Source: Cyanophora paradoxa CCMP329
Taxonomy: Eukaryota; Plantae; Glaucophyta
Assembly: GCA_004431415.1 (NCBI GenBank)
Contig: QPMI01000273.1
Span: 1-64,000, forward strand
Direction: 5' to 3'
Length of the DNA stretch: 64,000 bases
Of this stretch, positions 43,701-55,800 are shown one piece after another (position 1 is the stretch's first letter; every line of letters starts with the position of its first letter). The notes under the pieces are model-generated. The model was given only the letters and a program-made list of their open reading frames with translations. It was not told the DNA's origin and did not search any database. A program made the position numbers and the translations under genes.

Positions 43701-46700
43701 CCAGCTCCTCCTGTATGTATTCTTGCGGGTGAGCGTGCTGCGAGAGCCACTGCGAGAACTGTTGCGCGTCGCGGTGTTTCGTGTCAGGGCAAGAGCGGCT
43801 CGCGCCTTCATGGAAGTGGTGGCGATCGCAGCGTGGTCGGCTTCACGTAGCCGCGGGCCGCACGCGGCGAGAAGGGGCCAGAGGCCTGCAAGGCGGTCAT
43901 AATAAAGGGCCACTGACTTGCCGTGCGCGTCAGTTGGGTCCGGGGAAGGGAATTTAACCTTGGCGCCGCGGCGAATCTGAAGATGTATACGTATACGTAG
44001 ATATCGATCTAGAGAGCAGGGACTTCGGGAAAGGAACGTTAACAATTGCAAAGCCGCTGAGCTTGAGGAAGAAACTTGAAATGCAGAACTTAAGCTTAAG
44101 CTTTAGAGGGCGGTCCGACGGTCATCGAGCTGGAGGCTAGGGCAGAGGTAGGGCGCGGGCCCCCCCGGAGGCGGGGGATGGCTCGCAGGGCGCGGGCCGC
44201 CGGGGGCGCGCGGGGGATGGCTCGCACAGGCAGGGGATGGTGTGCTCCTGCGCAATCGAACCGCGGCCGCGGCCGTCGCGCGCGCGAGGCCCTGAGGCGC
44301 GGTGGGAGCACGGGTGCGCGTGTGCGCGGGTGTGCGGCTTGCAATTGCCTAGAGGCTGGCCTCAAGCTCCGCGCGCGCGCGATCTGCATGCGCGGGCAAG
44401 CCTGGGCGCGGGCGCAGGGACGCTGCTCGAGCTCATGATCACGCTCCGCTCATGATCATGATCAGAAAGCGGCCGGCAGCGGCTGCGCAGCGCTAGCGGG
44501 CCAGCTCAGCGGCTAGTGCGACCGGCTTAAGCTTGTGGCCCGCTCGCGCGCGGTCGGAGCGGCTGTGGCGTGCACGTGCGCGGCTGGCGCGGCTAGCGTC
44601 AGCAGATCTAGACTGCCGCGCGCGCGAGAGGCGTGACAGTTCAGATCATCGGCGCGAGAGCGCTGAGAGCGCGCGAGCTGAAGAGGAAGCGGCCGGATCC
44701 CGGAGGGAGAAAGCGGCCTGCGTTGCGTCGCGCGAGAGGCGTGACAGTTGAAGCCGCGGCCGGCGCAGAGCTGAAGAGGAATGCGAGTGCGCTAGTGCGA
44801 CTGGCTTGTGGCCGAGCTCGGGTGCGTTGACCGTGTCGAACCGAGCCGAGCTGTGGCGTGCGCGGCTGGCGCGCGCGGCTAGCGATAGCTGCAGCAGAGT
44901 GCAGTTGAGCGCTATCCGATCATCGGATCGCGAGCTGTGCGGGAGTGAGAAAGCGGCCGGGCGGGGGCGGCGGGGGGGGGGAAGTGGTAGGGGGGGTTTG
45001 TAAAAAGACTTTCGCAGGGTAAGTTAACGCACTCTCCAATTTGATTGGCTAGCGCGCGCGGCGTCCTCCCACGCGACCGCGCTCGCGCCCGGCCTCGCTC
45101 TTGCAGTACGGAATGTCGAGCATGATGCGCGCAACGACCTCGAACTGGTTTGGCCCGTATATCTGAACCCTGTGCGTCCCTGGACCCGTTTTTGTCCCGG
45201 GTGTTGGTGCCTGTTCCTGGGTCACCCTTTGGTCGGACGGGACCGGGAGACATGGTTTCGGGATCCCCTTGGGATGCGCTTGCAGGACGTACCGCGCGGC
45301 CCGGGTTTTGAGGAGGTCGGGGAAATGGGATTTGGGGTAGGGTTGGGCCCAAGGGACAGGGACAGGGGAAGTGTTTTTCCCTTCCCCAATTATGATTAGC
45401 CAGCCGAGGGCGATTGCAAGGCAAAACCGCGCGCGCGCGCCCTCGTTGTCGGCGAGGTTGGAGCAGTCGATGAAGTCGAAGCGGTGCGCAGCGGGCAGCG
45501 TCTCTGCGCCGCCGGCGCTCGCCCCTTCCACGCACAGCTGCAGGCCGTCCGCTGGGTACAGGGCGACAGAGACGCGGCCCGCCGCCACGGCGGCCGCGAA
45601 GGAGGCGGCGGCGCGGGCGAGGCGGCGGGTGGCGGCGCGGGAGAGGGCGCGCGGGGGCGGCTCGGCGAGAGCGTCGCGGGCGGAGGCGGGCGGGGCGGGG
45701 ACGAGGCGGAGGGAGTCGGCGGGGGCGGCGGCGTCCGCGTGCGCGGCGAGCTCGTCCGCGGGGAAGACGCGGAAGGACTGCAGCCCGTGGTGCACGGGGC
45801 AGAGGCCCGCGGGCGGCGTGACGAGCGTCGGGCTGAGCAGGCGCGGGCCCGTGTCCGTGTCCGTGCCGTCGTCCGCCGAGATTGACAGGCATCGGAACCT
45901 GGTCGCATCGGAGCTTGAGCGTCCAGAAGCCGACTCGATCGCGAGCTCTTGCAAAACTAAAATCGCGGACCAGTCCTCCAGCTCGCGCTGGACGCTCGCG
46001 CTGGAGAGGAGGGCGGCGAGGCTGCGGCGGATGGAACCGCGGAAGCCGAGTTTGGGGTCGTTGGTGCGGAGGGCGTTGCCGGCGCCGGCGTCGCCCTGGC
46101 CGGCGAGCAGCATGCGGGAGACCCGGAGGTCGTGCGAGTGCCGCTGCACGCGGGCCTCCGCGAGCTCGAGGGACGGGAGGTACGAGTGCGGGGAGAGCCA
46201 GTACTGCCAGACTTCGCGGAGGAGGCGCAGGTCGCCCGCGCACGGGACTCGCAGCCAGGACGCGAACGGGGAGGCGGCCCAGGCGCCGGGCGAGGCTGCG
46301 GCGGCGACGAGGGGGCGGAGAGGAGGGCGTCGAGGCGGGCGCACTCGGGGGCGGGCATGTCGAGGCAGAACCAGAGGCGCCAGAGGAAGAGGGCGTTGGC
46401 CGGCGTCGGCTCCGAGGGCTCGCCCATGCCCGCCGCCACCAGAAGCAGAACGGAGTCCGGATCCCTGCCGCGGGGTCAGTCGGGACGAGAGGCGGGGGGC
46501 CCGGGGGCGGGAGATGAAAGCGCAAGGGGCCGCCAGCTGCAGCTGCAGACCGTGCGAGGATGCAGCGGTCGATGTCGCACAAGTGAAGGGCGAGCTCGAG
46601 GGGTGTCGACGGCGCGTGGCCGGCGCCGGCGCGCGGCTCGCGACCGCCGGTGCCCGCCCGCGCCTCCTCGCACGTCCGGAGCGGGTTGCGCACGTCGCCG

Positions 46701-47954
46701 ACGCCCACATAGAGCACCTGGACCGGCCCGCCCGCAGCCGCCGCCCCGCGCTCCAGCTCGGCGCGCGGCGCGGCGGGGCGCGCCTCCGTGTTGCCGAAGG
46801 GGTACTGGAGGTAGTGGTTGCCGTGGTGCACGTGCCGCGCGAGCAGCGCCCCGCCCGTCGGGAGGCGCGGCACCCGCGCCCCGCACGGGTCGAGGGGCGC
46901 GCGGGGAGAGGACGCGGCGAGGTCGCGCTCCGCCCCCGCAGCTCCTCCTGCGCCTCGGCGTGCCCGGGGGCAAAGTCCAGGGCCGTCCGCAGGGCCGCCG
47001 CCGCGTCCGCGGGCCTCCCGAGGTGCCGCAGCGCCCGTCCCGCCCGCAGGTGCAACTTAGCCGCGACGGGCCGCTGCTCGGGGGGGACGAGGGACGGATG
47101 CGTCGGCCCCTGCGCATGCGCGCGCGTTCGCTTCTTGTGAGGCGCATGCGCAGGAGAAGTGCCGGCGCCGTGGAGGCCGGGAGGCCACGGCTCACGAGAA
47201 GGGCGGCCTCGGCGGCCTCGGCGGGGCGGTCGAGGGCGAGGGAGGCAGCGGCGAGTTTCGCGCGCGCCGCCACGTCGCCAGCGTCCGCCCCGAGCGCCCT
47301 CGCGTACAGGACCACCGCCTCCTGCGTGTGCTTCGCCTGCGCACAGAGCATTCATATGCATTTGCATGGCTATATTTTTAATCGTGCGTACGAGATCTAG
47401 AGCGAATTCGAACGCACGAAGACGGCGTTTCCAGCCTCGCGGAGCTCGCGCGCGGCCGCTGCAGCCGCAGCGGCGCGAAGCGCTGCCTCGCGGCCCTCGG
47501 CATACGAAGCGCGTGGCTCCGCGCTATCCGCACGAGCGCACGCCTCCGCTGCCTCATCGAACCTTCTCAAAGCAAAGAGCGCTTTCGCCAGCCGCCAGTG
47601 CGCCTTCGCTGACGGCTGCAGCTAGCGCTGAAGAGCGGCGCGCGCGTCACGCTCGGCTTCTTCGCCTCGCCCCGCTCGCAGCAGCGCCGCAGTTCTGAGA
47701 AGCGATTTTCGCGAAACATTAATATTTTAATCTCGCTAGCGCTTCTTCGCGACCGCGCACCTGTTTCCCAGGATGACCGCGCGCTCGGACGCGTTTTTCG
47801 CTGCTTTTAGCGCTTTTGCGAAGATTTCAGCTGCTTCATCGTACTCGCCACGTCGGAAGCGCAGAACGCCGGTCTCGGCAAGATCTCCTGCGCTTTGCAT
47901 ACGAGAGGCCGATAGCGTCTCGAAGGCTTTGATCGTTTCCGCTCGCGTTTGCAT
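40727..47954 (-). CDS. TPR - DUF4470-like - MYND zinc finger protein, multi-exon (3' end approximate)
   Basis: TPRs (GVLRFRRGEYDEAAEIFAKAL...ILGNR); YPFGNT, VLYVGVGDVRN, HLCDID..ILAR, FDFIDCSNLADNE|GLWPLLAACGPRL; CDGC...CS|RCKSAWYCGRNCQKNDW...HKAKC. Confidence 0.75.
43942..45387. mobile_element. Possible non-autonomous insertion inside an intron of the DUF4470 gene
   Basis: Expands one intron to ~1.5 kb; ends ggggaagggaa / ttcccttcccc; internal degenerate duplications (44512 vs 44791); no TSD found. Confidence 0.4.
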
Positions 47955-48180
47955 TCCGAATTCGAAGTTCTGGCCCACGGCCTGCAGCTGGTACGTATAC
48001 GTATACGTCCGGTGATCGAATTTGATCGCTCCCCTCCCCTCGTCTTTTGCATCTAATTGAGTGCTCCTCGAGCTCCCTCTATCGCGATCTCCTCCTTCCT
48101 GCTACCAAGTTAATTCGAATTTAGCTTCTCCGGATCCTCGACCTCGGGCTATAGCTACCCTAGTAGTAGTAATTCGACCC

Positions 48181-48500
48181 AACTTCCGTTTCTTTTCGCG
48201 AGCTCGAGGGCGGTGACATCCACTGCGCATGCTTGTAGTGGACCATATGCATGCACGTGCACAGGTCATGCACATACTTTAGATCAACTCATGATCAGAT
48301 AAAAGTCCATAATTATATTTATTGCATCTCACTACGTATACAAGCAGTGGATGTCACCGCCCTAGGCCTCGAGCTCGCGAAAAGAAACGGAAGTTAGGAG
48401 ACTTGACACCAGAGGCCGCTTCCAAAGCACCGTCACCTTCGAATTCGCGGCAAATATTACCTACAGGAAGAAAGTTTAAACGGCGAGCTCCGAGGCGTCG
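48181..48500. repeat. Inverted repeat (48181-48226 / 48344-48395) within a diverged copy (48344-48500) of 43315-43465
   Basis: aacttccgtttcttttcgcgagctcgagggcggtgacatccactgc versus its reverse complement with a 6-bp insertion; agaggccgcttccaaagcaccgtcaccttcg is shared with 43378. Confidence 0.85.
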
Positions 48501-49009
48501 CCCCAGCATCGATACCCAGGACCCCCCCGTGGCCACTTATGCGACTAGCGAGCCCGAGCCCGAGCGCCAGCGCTCAGCGGCTCTCCTGTAGGTAATACTA
48601 GCGCTAGCCACGTCGGCCACCTCAAGCCCGTCCCCTATAGCCCGAGCCTGAGCCCCTCTTCTTCTCCTTAAGCTTCTCCGATCCGAGCTCGTCGAGTGCA
48701 GCCGCGGGGCAGGCCGGGCCGGGGGCCCTACCCCGTCCCCGAGCCCATCGGCCGAGCCCCCTCCCCCTCCCCGAGCCCGTGAACCCCTCCCCTCCCCGAG
48801 CGCGTTGCAAGTTGGGCGGGGCCGACCCCACCCCCACCGGTACCCCCCCCCCCCGTCCGGATCCCTCACGAACGAGAGTTCCTCTTAATTATTTATAATT
48901 ATAAGCTTGAAGCCTTGAACTTCGACTCGGCGATCGCGCGATCTGCGCCTCGGGGCCGGCGCCGCGGCGGCGCGAGCCCCGGGCCGGCAGAACATCACGC
49001 GGATCCGAT

Positions 49010-49180
49010 GATCGGCGTGGCGGGCGGCGGGACTCGTCCGGAAGTCGGAACTCGGGAGTCGGGACTCGGGAGTCGGAACTCAGTGACTCGCGATCGGGAC
49101 TCGGGAGTCGGGATCCGGAACTCGGGACTCGGGAGTCGGGACTCGGGACTCGGGAGTCGGGACTCGGGAGTCGGGACCGT
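49010..49180. repeat. Degenerate 7-bp satellite (gggactc / gggagtc)
   Basis: Direct inspection; related gactcg/cgagtc-rich tracts occur at 28540, 50340-50540 and 52670. Confidence 0.75.
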
Positions 49181-49480
49181 CGCCGGCCCGTCGGACGTGG
49201 CCGGCAGCCACTGGGCCAGTAGCAGTCGGAGGCTATACCTAGCCCACTGGGCCAGTACAGAGTACGGAGTAATCATTTTGAATATCTACTCCCCCTGAAA
49301 TCATTAAATGACCTGAAATTTAGGCTGCATGCGCAATTCATCAGGACAATTTTCTGCAAGCTTTTTTTTGCAGGTTCGACGGCCAGCCGCTGAGCTGCAG
49401 TCGCGATCGAATACTAGTATACCGGTAATACCGGACTCTACTGGCTAGTCACTCTACTAGTACTACCGAGTAGTACCGAC

Positions 49481-49950
49481 TAGGGCTGGGTTCAGTCACT
49501 GTCAGTCAAAGTCAGAGGGTCTGACTGACCCGACTGAGTCACCAAATTGGCCGACTGAGGTTCTCTCAGTCCCATACAAAACCCTGTTGGGAGCGTGCCC
49601 CCCTGTGGGCTTTTTCCATCTGAAGCTCGACGTGGATCGATCTAAAAAGGATCTTCTGTCGTCTTACCTCCAGAAAAACAACGTAATCTGAACGAAACCG
49701 CCCGCGCTAACGAGGCTAACGGGGGCCGAATTCCTTTCACCAGTGTTCTGAAGCTTTGCTCGCCTAATCACTCCCTACTGCCCGCGCACTGTGCTTGGCA
49801 ACTTCGATGGATCGCATCTGGATCATTTCCGGGTCATTTTCGTCTGTTTTTGCACGGTAGCCTGACTGAACCTTGGGTTGACTGATTCAGTCACAGTCAG
49901 GGGCGCTGAGCGACTGGGTCAGGGGTGGAGCCTGACTGAACCCAGCACTA
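49481..49950. mobile_element. hAT-type MITE
   Basis: TIR tag(g/t)gctgggttcagtca; perfect 8-bp TSD gtaccgac (49473-49480 and 49951-49958); subterminal ctgactga repeats. Confidence 0.9.
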
Positions 49951-49985
49951 GTACCGACTCGCGACGCTACGAGTTCTGGCTCTAT

Positions 49986-50321
49986 GGCGCAGTTTCCGCC
50001 ATACAAACTTTTTCCGAGTCAAGTCGATTGACTAAACTCGGCCGAGTTTTTAGACTGGGAACACCTTCCAACTTCCAAGTCAAATTAGTACTGCGCTGGC
50101 CCAGTGGGACCGTCGAGGTCCCCGTACTAATTCGACTTGAAAATGCCAGTGTTTTCCGATTGGGCACGTGCCGGTATATTTCACATGCTATATAAAAGCT
50201 GCTGTTGGCAGTTACTAGCCGGCAGTTACTAGGACTGTACCAGGAGGCTACTAGAACCTACCAGGTAGCTCCGGCGCCTGCCAATCTGGAGTTTGGCCCC
50301 AGTTCGCCAGGAAACTCCGCC
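49986..50321. mobile_element. Possible PIF/Harbinger-like MITE
   Basis: TIR ggcg(c/g)agtttcc; flanks tat / taa (imperfect TSD). Confidence 0.4.
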
Positions 50322-50761
50322 TAAGGCCCATAACTCGTAGCGCGAGTCGCGAGTCGCGAGTCGCGACTCAACGGCAGCCGCGGCGTCCGACGGTCCGGCC
50401 GGGTCCGCGTCGACGTCCGAGACGGTCCGACGTCGACTCGGCGAGTCGGCGAGTCGGTCCGAGTGGACCGAGTCGGTGACTGTCGGTCCGACGTCGACTC
50501 GGCGAGACGGTCCGCGTCGAGTCGCGCCGTCGACTCGACGCGCGGCGACGCGGGCGGCGGGCCCGGGCCGCGCGGCCGGGCCCGCGCGCCGCCCGGCGCC
50601 CGCGGCCGCCGGCCCGGCGGACCGGCGATCACTGTACGCCGCGGTACGCCGCGGGCCGCGGCGGCCGCGCCCGCCGATCGCGACGTATCGATATCGCGTA
50701 CGCGTGCCCGTCGCGTGGCCCCAGCGGCGGCCAGCGCTAGCGCCGGGGAGTCAGCCGTCAC

Positions 50762-51051
50762 CCGTGTAGCACGAAATTACCGCGGCATAAATTATAATTA
50801 ATTACCGCGTTATATAGACCCTGGCCTGAACGTGCACGTGGCCAAAATACCGCGGTACCAACTTTACCAAATTACCGCGTTATAAGATTTGGAGGCTTGT
50901 ATGGGGCGGTAATTGTAGGGGGGGTACTGTATGGAGCAACGTAGCAGCAGGTTATTACCGTGGTACCAAATTACCGCGGTACGTCACAATTTCGGCGCGC
51001 TAATTTTGTACCGCGGTAATTAAGTGAGCGCGGTATTATAGTGCCACACGG
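50762..51051. mobile_element. MITE-like element with internal aattaccgcgg repeats
   Basis: TIR ccgtgt(a/g)gcac; about eight taccgcgg-like motifs in both orientations. Confidence 0.55.
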
Positions 51052-51262
51052 TAGTAGTACGTTCTGTGAGACTCTGACTCGGAGCTCGAGTCTCGAGTTC
51101 CGATCGCGACTCCTAGCTATAGGCTACCGGTATAGCTCGAGCTCTGAGCCTCTGACTCCTCCGAGTCTAAAGAGTTACTGCTAATGGCCACTTTTCTCGA
51201 TTGCAGTAAGCGATCGCTTCTGATTCGCCGTTTTCAGCAGTACCGACTACTACCGACTAGTA

Positions 51263-51548
51263 CCGAGCACTCAGAGACTCTTTATAATTACAGAAGAACA
51301 CAATATTAATGCGCTCAATATTAATGCTTTTTTGGACTCGGATCCGGCCGAATGAATGCGTTTTGAAGCTTTTCTGCTGCGATACTATGATGTGGGGTAC
51401 ATTATTATTATACCGTACATACAGCCGGCCGTTCTTATTCACGCGCCCCAAAATTAATGCGTTTTGACGGCGCGGAAAACGCATCGAATTGGGGATGCAC
51501 TGCGCGCGCGGCATTAATATTATGCGTGCATTAATATTCTGTTATACG
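51263..51548. mobile_element. Degenerate Tc1/mariner(pogo)-like MITE
   Basis: TA|ccg...cgg|TA ends; right TIR gcattaatattctgttatacgg, left TIR interrupted. Confidence 0.45.
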
Positions 51549-51574
51549 GTAGCTCGTAGTTGTACGGTACTATA

Positions 51575-51817
51575 CACAGCTCGTTTTTTTTAGCAGTCGA
51601 CTCAACATGCCCGTTGCATGGGCAAGGGTAGCCGGCGATCGCGATAACTTTTCACCCGTCGCAGCACGGCTAGTCTCCTCGCAGAATGTTGTAGCCGGCA
51701 AGCTAGCGGGTAGAATGGTGCTAGCCCGGTCCCAGCCCAACCCAATACCCGAAGAGCGATTTCACTTTAACCGGATTTCAGCCGTGTTGGGTCGACCGGT
51801 AAAAAAAACGAGCTGTG
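51575..51817. mobile_element. CACTA/CMC-like MITE with 3-bp TSD
   Basis: ~35-bp TIR starting cacagctcgtttttttta; ata on both flanks. Confidence 0.8.
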
Positions 51818-51951
51818 ATACGGTGTACTTCACCCACAAAAAACTGCCTGAGTCCACGCCGACTCCACGGTACCGGCCCGGCGGTAGTAACGGTGCTAGT
51901 ACTACCGCGGTAAACGGTAATTTCCGATCTAGTATTTTTCTGTTACACGGC

Positions 51952-52136
51952 ACTGTAGGCGTAGTTTTATTGCCGTGGAGTCAATTTGCCGAATTCGACC
52001 GAAACCGGAATTGCCGTGGCAATAAATTGCCGAATTATCCTGCCGAATTGGCAAAACCACGTACCCCCATGCAATTGGCGTGGTGCTAGATTGCCGAATT
52101 CGGCTAAAAAAACGGCTAAAAAACTACGCCTACAGT
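51952..52136. mobile_element. MITE with 17-bp TIR and internal ttgccgaatt repeats
   Basis: actgtaggcgtagtttt / aaaactacgcctacagt. Confidence 0.7.
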
Positions 52137-52891
52137 ACTAGTGCCGGTAAACGTTTATAACAAGAAATTTTTCTGGGCTTGCCAGCCACTGGGCCAGTTG
52201 GCCCAGCGGCCCCGGGCCCCAGCCTGGCAGTGGGATTTTTGGGAAACTCCAGCCTCCAGCCTGGCAGTCACCAGCTGGCAGACTACCGTGTAATACTTAT
52301 TTACTGCGCCACAAATTACTGCGTTCCAAATTTGCTTTCATGCCTCATGCCTATCAGGGCATCTGCGAAATCATTGCCAATGATGCCATGATTCCCATGA
52401 AGGCCCATGGGCCATGGCCATGATATCGATATCCATGGCACCGGGCAGATCACTGAGTCAAGAGATGCTGTAAATTGGCTTCAGCTTAATTAGCCCAAAA
52501 TCTGAGATCAATTGCAAGGTCTGCAGGGCCAGTGCAGGCTGCACCTAGGCCTGTAAGGCTGTAACACAGGCTGTAGTACGGTTGTACCGTCACGGCGTTG
52601 TACGCGTACTGTCACAGTGTAAGCGGTCTGTACTCCAGCTCGGCGGCATCAGAGCCTAGTCCGACGGTCGCCGAGTCGACGCCGAGTCGCGATCGACGCC
52701 GAGTCGACGCCGACTTGACGAAGTTGACGCCCATCGCGAGTGCAGTGCACTGCAGCTCTAGATCTAGATCTGGCATGGGGCGCCGGCAGCCAGCTGCGCG
52801 CGAGGCTGCGAATCCTGCGATGGTCGACATATGCATGCACATATGCATGGCTAGACCTCGAAGCCGTGTCTTCATCGCAAGTGCGCGAGGC

Positions 52892-55800
52892 ATGCTCTTT
52901 AGGGGAGCAATTTTACAGAGGCTCGCGACCGCCTTGGTCGTGGCGGTCTGCGTTGTCGCGGCCGTCGATGCGGCCGCAGTCCCAACATGCGGTGCGTCCG
53001 CTGCGCGCCTGCCGCAGTGCATATATATACGGCGCATTTACAATCGCGTATTCTCGATTCCGATCGCGCTCGAACATATATATGTGCGAATGAACGCGCT
53101 GCCGATCGTTAACGTCGCTGCAGGCGTTCGCTGGCCCAACATCGACAACATAGAGAACACGCGAGAACAGCCGCATTTCGTGCAAGTGAACCGCACCATT
53201 TATCTCTCAAACCCAATGACCGTAGGTCCGTTCCTCTCCCTCGCGCGGCCGCCCGCTGGCGCGCGCTTGTGATCGCGCGGCTATGTATATATAGCTACTA
53301 ATCGGAAAGCGCGAACCACTTTTCCCGCAGAATTCTGGTGCGCGCATGCGCATATGCATGCCGCCGTTCTAGATTTGGATCTGCTCCTCTGAAAACTTCA
53401 ACCGCGCGCACGCACGCGTAGGATGAAGGTTGCCGAGGCACCCTTTTCGGTCGCTTACACGGGGTGGTACTACCCAATCATGGACTTTGCCGTTCGGGAC
53501 GGTGTAGGGAAACCTGTTGCGGATGCTCCCGAGCTGGGCTTCATGCTCTACTATTACTGGGTGCGGTCATAATTGTTGAGTCGACATCGATATCGATTTC
53601 GCGAGCATCTGTGCGCGCGCATGCGCACATGGTGAGTCTAAACCAGAGCCCATGCCAGGTTCCGGGCCCCTCCCGTGATGGCAGTGAACCTTCGGTGCGT
53701 CGAGCTCGCCCGCTGTCCTACACGACCGCACGTGTCCCGCCTTCTAAATTCACGAGCAGAAACTCGGCTTAGGACTGCGCTCGACCCACGGGGACACTAC
53801 GGAACGCGATAATTCATACACCTGGGCAGCAGAGCTCGTATCCACCTACGCTGACGCCTTCCCCGTGCGCCCGCCGTCGTGCTATTCGTGATCGTGTCTG
53901 CGCATACGGGTACTAGGCAGCTCATGTTGCATCGCATATGATTGTGCATGTCATGCACAGGCCGACGTTTGGACTCACGTGAGAGCGCATTGCGCATTCA
54001 TGATTCACGGTTCCTGATTCGTGCAGCATACTCATCAATATCAATATATATCGACAGGTTGCAGTCGTCATCGGCAAGACGCAGGCGGGATCGGCCTATA
54101 CGTATGTCAATAATGATCGAGTGCTTACAACGGGATTCGGGGCGAGTGTAACCGCGTACCTTAACGCAAGCAAAGTCGCTTTTCCTGCCGATACGTGCGC
54201 TCTCATTTCGAATTCGACCTTTGAGTGTGAGCACCCGCGATCATTATCGTTTCTGAGACGATATCAGCGATCCGAATGTGCAGGATCCTCGAGGAGGCCT
54301 ATGGTATAAGGTAGGTCCATGTCTGATCATGATCATGAACAGCTGTTTATCATGATCATGAACAGCTGTTTAAACACTGTCTTCAAACTCGTCTTGCGCA
54401 TGCGTATGCGCGCATGCATTCTAACTACAAATTAAATCGGTGCTAGGACGTAAATAAATTTGGAACAGCCCCCGTGGAGCCGGTCGCCCGCGTCGTCAAC
54501 TACTTTGGCCGGACTACTCAGGTAGCGATTGCGTGATACATGTACACAAACACACTCGTCTACATGCAACTCTGAGTGCAGGTCGATGCGGGCGTGATAG
54601 ATAGCTACATGATGCCTGGGGCGGACGATCTCGAGCTCGCCGAGTGAGCAGAGAGTCTTCGAGCGCGGCAATTGGCCGATGCATATATGCTCGCATACTG
54701 AAACATAAAAATCATAACCAACGTCGTCTGCAGGTTCCGCGTCTGGAACACGAGCCTTCCAGAAGCTGACATCAAAAGCATTTACGAGACCGGCATGAAC
54801 TGCACGCTGTACCGAGCGTACCCCCTCACGATGTGGTTCAAATTCGACGACCCCCCGGTAATATATCATATTATATTATGCACACTTGATGCATCTGATC
54901 ACCGGCGCAAAACCAGGGCACAACGACCTTCACTGACGCTTCCGAGAATCGTTTTCCTGCGACGCTTAATGCCTCAGTCGGGTTTCAGTGCCTAGGCCGA
55001 CGCTACGAGTTCATCGGTCTCGAGTATTGCGCGGGGAAAGCGACGCCCACGCCTTCTCCAAGCATGACGTGAGCCTTTGAATTCTGCGCTGCTGCCCTGC
55101 GCGACCGCGGGTGCCTCGAGCTCGCGTCTGACGCCGGCGCCGGCGGCGGTCGCAGGCCGAGCGCGACGCCCTCGCCGAGCGCGACCCCGTCGCTGACCCC
55201 GACGCCCTCGCCGACCGCGAGCCCCACGCCCTCCGCCACGCCGACGGCGTCGCCGACCCCGGCCCCCTTCTTCCTCGCGGCCCCCGCGGACCCCGCGCTC
55301 GTCACTGCCTTCGTCAACCGGTGCGCTGCAGTTGCGAGAATCGCGCATTCCTCGAAATCTGAGATCGTGCAATCATTGAATATGCTGAAGTGAATTCTAG
55401 TACTAGCCGTGCTCCGCGAAATTAATCTCAATCCTCAAATCATGATCACGATCGCAGGCTTCAGATTCGCTTATTCATTCCCGCCGGCACTCCCAACGTC
55501 CCTGATTACCTACCGACGAAGTGCGATATTTCAATCTGCTCCGAGGCTCAATGATCTACCTGTCAACTTCACATTCCTGTTATCTGTCAGATGCGAGCTG
55601 TTCCGCATCAATGGAAGCGGGGGCGGCGACATCCTCGCGGGAACCCTCAACCGCCCCCAGTCTCCAGCCGGCGTCTCCGCAGGAGGCCTCGCCGCCTACA
55701 CGGACTACAGCTTTTACGCAGTTTGCTCGAACGCGTACGGCATGGGCGCAAAGTCTAAGCTTGTCACTTTCCGGAGTGCGCTGGCCTTCTTGAAATTAAA

